64,000 nt of DNA from Chiloscyllium plagiosum. Lineage: Eukaryota. The stretch covers positions 69,750,401 through 69,814,400 of the forward strand of contig NC_057719.1 in assembly GCF_004010195.1 (NCBI RefSeq), in the 5' to 3' direction. A program made the position numbers and the translations under genes. Each line of letters starts with the position of its first letter. The stretch's first letter is position 1. Shown here in pieces: positions 26,385 through 37,907 of the stretch. The notes beneath the pieces were generated by a model, which saw nothing but the letters and a program-made list of their open reading frames with translations, was not told the DNA's origin and did not search any database.

Positions 26385-27826
26385 ACATGGATATCCAATC
26401 CCTCTACACCTCCATCCGCCATGATCAGGGCCTCTAAGCCTTCCATTGCTTCTTCTCCCGACGTCCCAACAGTACCCTTCCACCGACACTCTCATCCGTT
26501 TGGCCGAACTGGTCCTCACCCTTAACAATTTCTCCTTCAAATCCTCCCACTTCCTCCAGACCAAAGGGGTAGCCATGGGCACACATATGGGCCCCAGCTA
26601 TGCCTGTCTCTTTGTTGGCTATGTCGAACAGTCCATCTTCTGTAGTTACACCGGCACCACTCCCCACCTCTTCCTCCGCTACATTGATGACTGCATTGGC
26701 GCCACCTCATGCTCCCGCGAGGAGGTTGAGCAATTCACCAACTTCACCAACACATTCCACCCTGACCTTAAATTTACCTGGACCATCTCTGACACCTCCC
26801 TCCCCTTCCTGGACCTCTCCATCTCCATTAATGACGGCCGACTTGACACTGACATTTTTTACAAACCCACCAACTCCCACAGCTACCTGGATTACACCTC
26901 TTCCCACCCTACCTCCTGCAAAAATGCCATCCCGTATTCCCAATTCCTCCGCCTCCGCCGTATCTGCTCCCAGGAGGAGCGGTTCCACCATAGAACACAC
27001 CAGATGGCCTCCTACTTTAGAGACCGCAATTTCCCTTCCCACATGGTTAAAGATGCCCTCCAACGCATCCCNNNNNNNNNNNNNNNNNNNNNNNNNNNNN
27101 NNNNNNNNNNNNNNNNNNNNNNNNNNNNNNNNNNNNNNNNNNNNNNNNNNNNNNNNNNNNNNNNNNNNNNNNNNNNNNNNNNNNNNNNNNNNNNNNNNNN
27201 NNNNNNNNNNNNNNNNNNNNNNNNNNNNNNNNNNNNNNNNNNNNNNNNNNNNNNNNNNNNNNNNNNNNNNNNNNNNNNNNNNNNNNNNNNNNNNNNNNNN
27301 NNNNNNNNNNNNNNNNNNNNNNNNNNNNNNNNNNNNNNNNNNNNNNNNNNNNNNNNNNNNNNNNNNNNNNNNNNNNNNNNNNNNNNNNNNNNNNNNNNNN
27401 NNNNNNNNNNNNNNNNNNNNNNNNNNNNNNNNNNNNNNNNNNNNNNNNNNNNNNNNNNNNNNNNNNNNNNNNNNNNNNNNNNNNNNNNNNNNNNNNNNNN
27501 NNNNNNNNNNNNNNNNNNNNNNNNNNNNNNNNNNNNNNNNNNNNNNNNNNNNNNNNNNNNNNNNNNNNNNNNNNNNNNNNNNNNNNNNNNNNNNNNNNNN
27601 NNNNNNNNNNNNNNNNNNNNNNNNNNNNNNNNNNNNNNNNNNNNNNNNNNNNNNNNNNNNNNNNNNNNNNNNNNNNNNNNNNNNNNNNNNNNNNNNNNNN
27701 NNNNNNNNNNNNNNNNNNNNNNNNNNNNNNNTATTCCTGATGAAGGGCTTTTGCCCGAAACGTCGATTTTCCTGCTCCTTGGATGCTGCCTGAACTGCTG
27801 TGCTTTTCCAGCACCAGTCTAATACA
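26385..27826 (+). mobile_element. Penelope-like element (RT region and terminal repeat; interior in N gap)
   Basis: MDIQSLYTSI, QTKGVAMGTHMGPSYACLF, FLRYIDDCIG, LPFLD, AIPYSQFLRLRRICS. TSD GACAAAGACAG (26374-26384, 27827-27837). Confidence 0.93.
27737..27764 (+). ncRNA. Minimal hammerhead ribozyme motif in PLE terminal repeat
   Basis: CTGATGA-A-GGGC-TTTT-GCCC-GAAA-C-GTC. Confidence 0.75.
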
Positions 27827-29307
27827 GACAAAGACAGTCCATCAAATGAGAAACAGCACATAAAATATATACCCCCTCCCCCCACCCCAGCAACCCTGCA
27901 AGCCACCCGTCCCTCCCACCTTCTGACGACTCTAAGGCAGTCCGCCCATATGCCCTTCTGGCTCTTGGTCTGACACACCTTCTGGCCACCTCTAGAACAG
28001 TCCGCCCTGATTCCCCATACCCCTCTAGGACAACAGCAGTCAGGACAGCCTAACCACTTTCTGGCTTCCCTAACTGCTGTTTGTACCTTCCGACCACTTT
28101 TAGGACAGCTGCCCCAGTACCTACTCGGGGTGACAGTGCTGAGGACGGCCTACCTACCTTACGGCTTCTCGGTCTGCCCCTACACAATGTATAGTTCTCA
28201 CCCACCCCGGTCTGTGGGCTGCGCCAACACACCTTCTGGCCACCTCTCAGACAGTCCTTACCTCCTTGGGACAATGGTGCACAGGGCAGCCTACATGCCT
28301 TCTGGCTCTGCGGCCTGCCCCTATGCATTTTCTGGCTCTGAGCTGCCCAACACACCTTCTGGCCACCTCTAGAACAGTCCGTCCTGCCCTTTCTTTGGGA
28401 TAACAGAACCCAGGACAACCTACATACTACCTAGCTCTCGGGGTGACCAACATTGGGATAGCCTACCCACCTTCCAGCTCTCAGGGCAGCCTACCCACTT
28501 TCCAGTTCACAGGACCGCTTACCCACCCTCCAGTTCTTGGGATGACAGCTTTCTGAATGACCTATGAGTCTCCCAGCTCACAGTAAGGCCTGCCAGACCC
28601 GGGGACACACAAGACATTGCAGATGATAAACCCAGCAAGCAAGTAGCAGAGTCAATTACCAAAAACAGTCCCCTCTGGTACGTAGAGTCCATTACCAGAA
28701 ACAGAGTTCTCTTCAGTGTGCAGAGTCCATTAACTGAAACAGAGTCCACTCTGGTATGCAGAGTCCATTGCCAGAAACAGAGACCACAACCGAAGGAAGA
28801 GTCCACTCCAGTGTGCAGAGTTCACTTCTGAAGGCAGCACATGCACACCCCACAGCGTGCACGCGCACACATACACACACACACACATTCAGTCTTCACA
28901 GAGGCCTAGACCCCCCCACAAAGGGCCAGGCCTACCCTCAGAGGAACAGTTCAACTAGAAAGGTGCAGTTGACTCACGGGGATTCAGTCCAAACACCAAA
29001 ATGTGAAAACACATGCAAAAAGGAAAGTGCAGACACTAAAGATCAGAGTGCAAGGGCTAAGCCCTGCCACAAAGTCAGCACAGTCCTTTCACAAAGTAAA
29101 AGGAAAGAGTAACACACAGGCTGTAACCAGCCAATGAAACAACAGTTCCCTAATGAGAACTGAAATATACCTGTAACACATTACCTGTGAGGATCAGCCA
29201 GCTCAGGAATCTTTCGTCAATAAAAAAGGAATACCAGTAACAAACCAATTTTGTACATCAGCTAGTTCAGGAACCAGGTCCCTGAAAATCAGAAACCAAC
29301 AGCAGTA

Positions 29308-29563
29308 TGCATGGCTGTAGCCAGCCAGCTCAGAGTCAGTCCACCGAACTGAGGACGCCCCTGCTTTTTTTTTTAACCGCCTAAGTGCGGTAGTGCTTAT
29401 TTATCCCCTGTTTATTTTCTTTTCTTTTTTTCTTTGCATGGCTGTAGCCAGCCAGCTCAGAGTCAGTCCACCGAACTGAGGATGCCCCTGCTTTTATTTT
29501 TAACCGCCTAAGTGCGGTAGTGCTTATTTATCCCCTGTTTATTTTCTTTTCTTTTTTTCTTTT
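29308..29563. repeat. About 128-bp tandem duplication (LTR piece plus Tx1 tail)
   Basis: tgcatggctgtagccagcc...ctaagtgcggtagtgcttatttatcccctgtttattttc x2. Confidence 0.9.
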
Positions 29564-30257
29564 TTTTTGTTTAACCCCCACACTACCACCTAAGTGCGGT
29601 AGTGCTTATTTTTTCCCCCAGCACCCATGGTGTGTGTGTGCAGGTGTGAGACACAGTGAAAGTTACAAAGTGCACCAATCTTTATTCAAATTCCACCACC
29701 AGGAAGATAGGAAAACACCCGGGTGGCCAGTGACAAACACTGCCCTTCACATCAAAGGACAGTGCTGTGTGATCAAAACAGTGAAGGGGAGGGTAGGGAC
29801 TAAATCAAAATAGAGTTGGAGGGAGAAATGATGCACTCCACTCCCTGCGGTGCCCACCTCTCCCTGAACACCTCCAGGGTGTTGGTCGACACCGCGTGCT
29901 CCTTCTCCAGGGACACCCGGGCCACTCCCCTGCTTATTTTTTTCTAGAATTGGAGGGAGAAATGATGCACTCCACTCCCTGCCCTCTTGTTTATATTTTT
30001 TTTCTATTACACTACCACCTAAGTGCGGTAGTGCTTATTATATATTTTTTTTCCCCAGCACCCATGGTGTGTGTGTGCAGGTGTGAGACACAGTGAAAGA
30101 CACAAAGTGCACAAATCTTTATTCAATTTCCACAAATCAAAATAGAATTGGAGGGAGAAATGATGCACTCCACTTCCTGCGGCGCCCACCTCTCCCTGAA
30201 CAACTCCAGGGTATTGGTCGACACCGCGTGCTCCTTCTCCAGGGACACCCGGGCCAC

Positions 30258-30366
30258 TCCCCTGCTTATATCTGTCAGTCTGGGTCCCGTGATTGGACCA
30301 ACAGCCCCAATCAGGGAACTAATATTCTCTGAGGTCCACTTCGTTGACCTCATTGTAATCAGTACA
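30258..30366 (-). repeat. Gypsy 5' LTR, U3-side half
   Basis: cccctgcttatatctgtcag...ccaatcagggaact...aggtccact...taca matches 20613-20724. Confidence 0.85.
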
Positions 30367-30654
30367 AACACTGCTTCCTTTTTCCTCTAATCAACTTACT
30401 CAGAGATGTTATCATATAACTCTGCAACAGATACATCCACCTGGTCTCAACCAACAGTGGAGATGTTCTAGTTTAGCTTAAAAGGGACCTGACACCTTAG
30501 TTAGATGACCACTCCCCCTCCCCCCCATCTCAACTAGTCTGATGAGAATAATGATTTTTGGTTCATCCGCCCTCCTTACCTTCCTTTCTTCCTCTTCCTA
30601 TTTTTACTTTTCCTCATCCTCAGCTGTTCACTGAATACATGGCTTGGAAAGGTG

Positions 30655-31330
30655 AGAGTTGTGCAGAATGCAGCACACCACGATTCATTGTGATATATAC
30701 TCTGATGAGTGCCGAAGTGCTTTTTCAGAACGCTCCAGCAGCAGAAGTATATTAACCCCAATGGTCCACTTGAACACATTTCATTGACAATATGGAACTG
30801 GTTATGTAGAAACTGCTCAATGTGTGCCCATTAAGAACTGGAGTCATGAGCCATGTGATCAATGGATAGCCCTTGTCGCTCACTATATGGCCTTTAGTTT
30901 GATACTGTGCTGGGAATAATGTTGGTGAACCAGTGTGATACCAAATTAAGGCGATATGTATGCTGCCAGAATGCTGAGAATTCACTGCATGATGGTCTGA
31001 CTAGAGTGGCAGATCATTGCTCATTCAGAGTAAAAATTGTTTGCAGTTGGGACAAGTCTGTGCATTTAAATGTCGCACCTGCAAAGCTGCACGTGTATAA
31101 TGAATGGCACCCGGAAGAAGCACATTGTCCTGCTGAATATACAAACTGGAGTAGTCCATCCAGCCCCTCAGCCCTGCTGATCTTATTGAGAGGTAGAGCA
31201 GGGCTGAGTGGCTGGATGAACTATTTCTGTTTGTATGTTCATATAAGTATATTCTGATTCCAGCAGCTTCCTCCTGAAAGTGCATATTCACTTCTCCTAA
31301 GTCAGTCACGTCCCTCTTCAACAGTGGACT
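30655..31330 (-). pseudogene. PIF/Harbinger (HARBI1-like, DDE_Tnp_4) transposase remnant
   Basis: SDKGYPLITWLMTP (hallmark GDxGYPLxxWLMTP), upstream GAIHYTR (GAIDCTH-like), downstream IVVCCILHN. Confidence 0.8.
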
Positions 31331-31399
31331 GTAAATTGGGAGATCTTGGAGATGTTGCCTGCTTCAGTCTGGTAGGATCCCAATGCTAAGAAGTTCATG

Positions 31400-32600
31400 T
31401 CCTCAGAACATTAGACCTGAAATCTGGATTACTAGTCCATTTGGCATGCAAGTCACCCTGTGTTGTAGTTTTACTAGGTTGAAACTTAATTCCTAGTGAA
31501 GGTTAGTGTTGCTCTTGGTAAGCCCTTCTGCATTCTTCACTGAACCATGGTTAAATCTGCTGGCTTGTTAATAACAGTGGAGTAGAGGATATGCTGGGAC
31601 ATGGGATTACAGATTGTGCTTGAATACAATATAGGCCGGATGGTGCCAATGATAACACACAATACCCTTTGGATGCCCAGTCTTGTGTTGTGATATGTGT
31701 TTGAACTCTTTGCCGTTATCACAGTAGTAGTGTCACGCGAGAGGATGAAGGGTATCCTTCATGTTATGTGGAACTTTATCCCCATTAGTATTGTGGTCTT
31801 CGCTCCTACTAACACTGCCATGGACAGATATATTTGTGACTGGTAGGTGGGTGAGGATGTGGTCAAGTAGGTGTTTTTCTCTTGTTGGTTCCCTCATCCT
31901 CTAGGAGAAAGTGAGGTCTGCAGATGCTGGAGATCAGAGCTGAAAATGTGTTGCTGGAAAAGCGCAGCAGGTCAGGCAGCATCCAGGGAACAGGAGAATC
32001 GCCGTTTCGGGCATAAGCCTGAAGAAGGGCTTATGCCCGAAACGTCGATTCTCCTGTTCCCTGGATGCTGCCTGACCTCATGCGCTTTTCCAGCAACACA
32101 TTTTCAGCTCCCTCATCCTCTAACACAGACTCAGTCTACCAGCTATCTCCTTTAGGACCCGACCAGGACAGTCAGTAGTTGTGTTGCTAAGGCTGTCTTG
32201 GTGATAGATATGAGGTGCCCTATTATGTGCTCTTGCCAGTCTGAATGCATTCTTCAGATGGTGATTGACATGATTCATCAGTTGAAGAAAGAGGCTTACA
32301 TGGTAATTGGCAGCAGATTGACCTGATGCCATGAGACTTCATGGGATTGTGTGTCAATGTAGGGTGCTTTATGGGTAATTTTCTCACAGTTGTAATCCAC
32401 TGTGCCACTACCTCTGATGTGTCAGTCCTGCTGGTGGGTCAGAGAATACTCAGGATGGAGACCAGATGACTCAGACATGGATTGTAAAGCATATATAACT
32501 ATGACATGCTATTGTTTGGCTAGTCTTTTGGATAACTCTCCCAATTTTGGCATAAGGCCCAAGATGTTAGTGAGGAGGAAGTTGCTGCTGAATGTAGTAG
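31400..32600 (-). mobile_element. Old CR1/L2-group LINE fragment (same family as 57319-59645)
   Basis: Similar to 58100-59200. Interrupted by the 31904-32108 element. Confidence 0.55.
31904..32108. mobile_element. Palindromic PLE mini-element with hammerhead motif
   Basis: 14-bp TSD TCCCTCATCCTCTA (31890-31903, 32109-32122). Inverted arms at about 31936-32018 / 32028-32110. CTGAAGA-A-GGGC-TTAT-GCCC-GAAA-C-GTC at 32019-32046. Confidence 0.88.
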
Positions 32601-32619
32601 TTTAAGAAGCAACAACTCA

Positions 32620-33220
32620 ATCTCCATTTGTGCTTCAGAGTTGAGAGGGGATAACGAATAAACACACTAAACTAAAAGAAATGCAGGTAAATAATTGTTT
32701 CAACTGAAAGGAGGTTGGTGGTAAGTGAGGGAGAAAAGAGCAGTGGTTGCATCTCCTGTACCTGCATGAGAGTATGTGTTAATGAGAGAGGAGTATTGAA
32801 GGTGGCTGAGGAATAGAAAGTGTCGCAGAGGGAGAAGTCAATTCCAAGGGTGAGCAAGACATCTTTCGTGGTAACACCATGCTGAAGATGGCAGAAACAG
32901 TGGGGCATGACGTGGTGAATGTGATAGTAGGTGAGGCAGAGGTGAGGACAAGAGCAACTTTTATTGCTCTGGGATGGAGTGGAAGAGGTGACAGAAAATA
33001 TGCAGGAAATGGAATGAACACTTTTCAGTCTCCATTCAAACATGGTGGAAGAAATCCTTTGTTGAGGAAAGGTGAAGACAGATCAGAAGCACTGGAAAGG
33101 AAGGTGCCATTGTCAGAAAAAGTGAAACTGAGACAGAGAAACTTGATGAATGGAGTTGAGTCCTTCCAAAAAGGTGAATTGGATGAAGTGTAATTGAGGT
33201 CGTTGTGAGAGTTGGGTTAC
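32620..33220 (-). mobile_element. Old PLE remnant
   Basis: Purine-rich antisense sequence resembling the RT-to-GIY-YIG linker in 55900-56350. Confidence 0.45.
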
Positions 33221-34422
33221 CATTGTAAACAATTAGTTTGCTTTGTGGATCTTTTCAGAAGTCTGATTTTTTTCCTGACCTCACCTACTTCTGAAAGGAG
33301 ATCAGTTTTCAACAGGATTCACTCCTTATTGACTGAGATTCAACCAATTGTTTCTGGTGTATTTTTAATGGTGATATAGCTTATGGCCAATGACATCTCC
33401 AAGATGGTCATATTTTCTGGCATAGCTACATCTTGAATGATTGTTCAGGGGCTGAAGAAGCGGAAGCCATTTTGAGAGCTGAGCTTTATTTATCAGGGGC
33501 TGGTGAGCTACACCTTGCCCATTTGAGCCCCATTCGCAAGTGGGAGCTTCTGGTCAACTGGATAACATCAAGATGAATCTAAGTCTGGGTCATCACAATT
33601 GTGGAGAGTGGCAGAGACTGATTATTTTAATGGGAAGAGCATTCCTTTTATTCCTGAACCAATAAAAATAATTGCAAAATTGAGATTTCTGGAGTTTCTT
33701 CAGCTCTGCTATTGGAAGCTGTTCTGCACCTCTCTGACAGAATAATGCTTACTTCTGGGGTTGTCCTTTGATTTTTCCTTGTTTTGACTTCATCCATATT
33801 AAAGTAACTATTATTTTAAAAATTACATTTGTGGTTGTGGTTAAGTCATACTGGACACTTGTTAGAGATCTGAACTTCTTATAAAAGCTGGCCCAGCACT
33901 GTATTTAGAGCCTCCACATTTTCTAAAGGCATCCCCAAATAGGCCAAGGCAGGTGTAGATTGGACCTTGAATACCCCTTTGTCATTGTACAAGTCTGTCA
34001 CAAAATGAATGGAATGCCATAGTTGATGCATTGGTGCCTGGAAACTCAGGTGTGCCACAGTTTGATTTCTACACCATGGTTTTTTCCTACAAAGGAGCAA
34101 AAGGAAGCTGTATAGAGAGGCATCACAAGACAATCTTGTTCACTTTCTGACAGGAGTAGGCTACTATTGCCTTGAGCTTATGCTGCAATTAAACCGAGTC
34201 ATGGGTGATGTGTATCTCAAATTTATGTTACCAATCTCTCACCCATAGCCCTGGATACCAATAACTGTCATCCTCTATCTTGAGGCTTCTTGGGTAGTGA
34301 ATCCCAGGTTACCCCAGAGAGGCCTCACTCTGTTTTATTTAAAATTACACTCCATTGTTTTGGATACTTCCACAAGAGCAAATTGCTTTTCAGTATCTGC
34401 TGTGTCAAATCATTCTAAGCAC

Positions 34423-34510
34423 TCATAGGGTCATAGAGTCATAGAGATGTACAGCATGGAAACAGACCCTTCGGTCCAACCCATCCATGCCGACCAGATA
34501 TCCCAACACC
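34423..34510 (-). mobile_element. Short CR1 3' end
   Basis: (GTCATAGA)n tail followed by cagcatggaaacagacccttc, as at 24973. Confidence 0.75.
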
Positions 34511-35082
34511 AATTAAATCATCAATCACCCTCAAAATTTAACCATTTAATTTGAGATATATTTCTGATGAATCTGTGCTCTAGCTTCACCTGTGGAGTGA
34601 AGGGTTATCTTTACCTTTAAATCCAAGCTTATAGGGGCAGACCAAGCCCACGCTTTCAACCAGAGACACAGGACTCATGTAGTATTGAGTATTAGTATTA
34701 GTATTGAGTAACAGGTAACTATCTTTAGTCTGAGAATAGCTACTGAGCATGTGCATGAGGAGAGATGTAATTGGCTGTCAGATCACATGGAACTGAGACT
34801 TGAGACTGCAGGCTTCCATTGATGTCCTTTTTATTATATACAAGAGACGGTATGTTCAATCAGTCTGTTAGTGATCACTCACCTGATCTTATTAAGCTTC
34901 TAAAGAAAAGTTTTCTACGTGCCTTTGTAGCTTCCATTTCTAATACATACTGTGCTCTATAACTATAATGCCAATTGTGAGCTTTAATATACCACTCTCT
35001 CTTCTTTTATCCAAGTTATTTATGTATATGACAAAAGCTGAGATCCTACTACAAATTCCTGTGGAACATGGCTGCTATTCAG

Positions 35083-35416
35083 AATGGCCCTGGTGAGATC
35101 ACACCTGGAGTATTGTGTGCAGTTTCTGGTCTCCAAATTTGAGGAAAGACATTCTGGCTATTGAGGGAGTGCAGCATAGATTCACGAGGTCAATTCCTGG
35201 AATGGTAGGACTACCTTACGCTGAAAGACTGGAGGAGGGCAGTGGAGGCCCAGTCTCTGGATTCATTTAAGAAAGAGTTGGATAGAGCTCTCAAGGATAG
35301 TAGAATCAAGAGTTATGGAGATAAGGCAGGAACAGGATACTGATTAAGGATGATCAGCCATGATCATATTGAATGGTGGTGCAGGCTCTTGCACCTATTG
35401 TCTATTGTCTATTGTC
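35083..35416 (+). mobile_element. CR1 3' fragment
   Basis: LVRSHLEYCVQF region and (CTATTGT)n tail. Confidence 0.8.
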
Positions 35417-35689
35417 TGTCCCTGCTCTCATTCTGCCACTCCCAACCAATTACCAAACTCTGTCACAAGTATCTACTGGCAATGTGTTTCTGAGCAGCAT
35501 GTCTAAAACCTAAAACCAAACGTCTGGAAGGAACGTAGTGCATTACAAAAGGAAACAGAAGGGAACAATCACAAATACATTGCAGAGCGAGTCTTCAACT
35601 TAAAGAAAAAAATATATAAAATTGCAGAAGCAATTCTCAGATTTTTTCTTGTCCTCTTAAAGGAGGAAAGAAAGCTAGAGTTAATATTA

Positions 35690-35830
35690 CGTTTCTGAAG
35701 AAGGGTCACTGGACTTGAAGCATTAACTCTGTTTCTCTCTCCACAGATGCTTCCAGACCTGCTGAGTTTCTCTTGCAATTTCTGATTTTGCTTCAGATTT
35801 CCAGCATCCACAGTTCTTTGTTTTATTCTC
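35690..35830 (+). mobile_element. Solo PLE terminal repeat with degenerate hammerhead
   Basis: CTGAAGA-AGGGTCACTGGACTT-GAAG. TSD AGTTAATATTA (35679-35689, 35831-35841). Confidence 0.7.
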
Positions 35831-36779
35831 AGTTAATATTAATGTGGCTATTGGCTGAGTACGTCCTTGAAATATTTTAGGTTTTGGAAAATTTAAGCTA
35901 CATCTCAAGCAGTTGGGGATACTTGCTGATTAAAAGAGAGAGAGAGAAAGATTAATGAAGAAATGTACTATATTTGACATGATTTAAATTTTGGGCTTAT
36001 CTGTCATTTGCTATTTTTTCATCATTCATAAACCATTAATGTGTGTAATCTCCAGGGTTCGAACTTCGTTGCACACTTATTTATAATACTTTACCAGGGT
36101 AAACTCCTTGGGCATTGAAGTGTAATTACATAGAAGCCCTGGGGTGACATTGCAGGAACAGAATGCAATATATATCACATTGAGACAGGTGACTTTGTGA
36201 CAGCACACTATACATTGCATCAATTCGTTACAGATATTAATAAGCTGATGGCTATAAAATTCCAACTATGGAAACTCAATTTCTCTCTAATTCTTCAAAT
36301 AAGAGTACATGTTTTGTAATTTGTGCAGTGTTGTCCAAAGGTGGGTATTTGATGAACAAACTTCATTACTTCCTTGAGCTATGCTTGGTTCATCAAATTG
36401 CTTTTGCTGTTAGATCTGGAGCCACAGATAAAAAAAAGTGCAAGATTTTAATTCATTTTGATTATGTACATCAGAAACCATACTTAATCATAAAACTAAT
36501 GATAAATTCCAAGTCTGATTTCCAATGATGTTTCTGACTCAATTGTGTCAAACTAAGGCAGGAAGTATGTTGCTGACCCAACAGCCAATGTCAGTCAAAT
36601 GTTGGGATGCCCAGAGAGTGAAGGTAAGCAGTGAAGTGGGCAAATAACAGCTGTGACTGAAAGGACACTGCTGGAGACATTGTGAGAAAGTTAAAGAAGA
36701 GGTTGGTCATCAATTGGTATTGGACTTTGCACTTTAATTTTAATGTTTGCTGAGAGCATAACAGAGTACAATACTCATG

Positions 36780-37739
36780 GCCATAAAACCATAAGATGTA
36801 GGAGCAGAATTAGGCCAGTCATCCCATTGTTTGATCACGGCTGACATATTTCTCAACTCCTGCCTTTTCCCCATGACCTTTGCTCCCCTTACCAATCAAG
36901 ACCTGTCACTGTCTTAAAGACCACTCAATGACTTGGCCTCCAGATCCTTCTGCATCACTCTGGTTGAAGATATTCCGCCTCATCTCTATTCTAAAGGGTT
37001 GTCCCTTCACTCTGAGGCTCTGTACTCGGGTTCCAGTCTCTCTGGTGGAAACATCTTCTCCATGTCCACTCTATCCAGGCTTCTCAGTATTCTGTAAGTT
37101 TGAGTCAGACTCCCCCGTCATTCTTCTATACTCCATCGACTACAGACCAAAGATCCTCAACCGCCTCTCATATGACATCCCCAGGATCATTGAAGTAAAC
37201 TTCCTCTGGATCCTCTCCAAAGCCAGTACATCCTTCCTTAAAAATGGGGCCCAAAACTGCTCACAATATTCCAAATACATTCTGACCAGAGCATTATGTA
37301 GCCTCAGCAGTATTGTATTGCTCTTGTATTCTAGCATTCTTGAAATAAATGCTAACATTGCATTTGCCTTCCTAACTGCCAGCTGAACCTGAATGTTAAC
37401 CTTAAGAGAATCCTGAAATTGGCCTCCCAAGTCCCTTTGTGCTTCAGATTTCTGAACATAGTTTATGCCACTATTCTTCTAATGAAAGTGCATAACCTCA
37501 CACTTTCCAACACTGTATTCAATCTGCCACTTCGCTGTCCACTCTCCGGGCCTGTCCAGGTCCTTCTGCAGTCTCCCGGTTTCCTCAACAGTATCTGCCC
37601 CTCCCCCATTTTTGTGTCATCTGCAAACTTTGCAACAATACCCTCAGTTCTTAGTCCCGATTGTTAATGTATGACATGAATTATTATGGTCCCAATACTG
37701 ACACCTGTGGAGCTCAATTAATCACAGATTGCCATCCTT
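36780..37739 (-). mobile_element. CR1 3' part, host of the L1 (continues at 43345-45060)
   Basis: KANAMLAFISR, LEYCEQFWAPFLRKDVLALERIQRKF, CCATAA(A/G)A tail. Confidence 0.9.
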
Positions 37740-37907
37740 AAAAAGACCCTTTTGAGGAGATCCAAGATGGCAGCGATCCCTGCTGAGCTCTGCACCATAA
37801 CCCAGGCAAGGTGGTGCATTTACCCTCCCTTTTTTAGCTACTGTGGCAAAAATCAGCAATCCTAGATTCCCAGAATTGCTGTGTATTAGTTTTGCTGATC
37901 AGGGAAG

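Larger units (their letters stand above)
26131..30258 (-). mobile_element. Composite of Tx1-type non-LTR insertions and LTR fragments inside the 5' LTR
   Basis: T-tracts (poly(A) on minus) follow CCCCTG(C/T)TT sites. Tx1-like ORF2 C-terminus ARVSLEKEHAVSTNTLE(V/L)FRERWAPQ.VECIISPSNSILI occurs twice (29800-29922, 30133-30254). Confidence 0.7.
20490..30366 (-). mobile_element. Gypsy/Ty3 LTR retrotransposon provirus, decayed, with nested insertions
   Basis: Gag LFGSLDSFDPTVEDHAQYVERLSYFFRAND (25748-25939), RNase H IFGVRKFYQYL and NADALSCLPL, integrase LRTAPYHPS. PPT at 20725-20739, degenerate PBS at about 25982-25997, two LTRs, 5-bp TSD ACCAC/AACAC (20485-20489, 30367-30371). Confidence 0.9.

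Noticed and set aside
26600..27978. Long ORFs of 255-458 aa in the ORF track
   Set aside because: Lengths are inflated by the N gap. Only the PLE RT frame before 27071 is meaningful.
27960..28830. Spaced direct repeats resembling a CRISPR array
   Set aside because: Eukaryotic context, degenerate repeats, mutually similar and irregular spacers, no cas genes.
33879..34133. 84-aa minus ORF with a strong acceptor near 34090
   Set aside because: No recognisable homology, weak donor, and surrounded by decayed repeats.
34590..34920. Possible solo LTR
   Set aside because: Termini and TSD are not convincing, and there is no second copy in the window.
36080..36200. AG...GT-bounded plus-strand segment
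   Set aside because: Stops in all three frames from the best acceptor. It may be non-coding conserved sequence, but that cannot be supported here.
36880..37386. 168-aa plus-strand ORF
   Set aside because: Antisense shadow of the CR1 RT.
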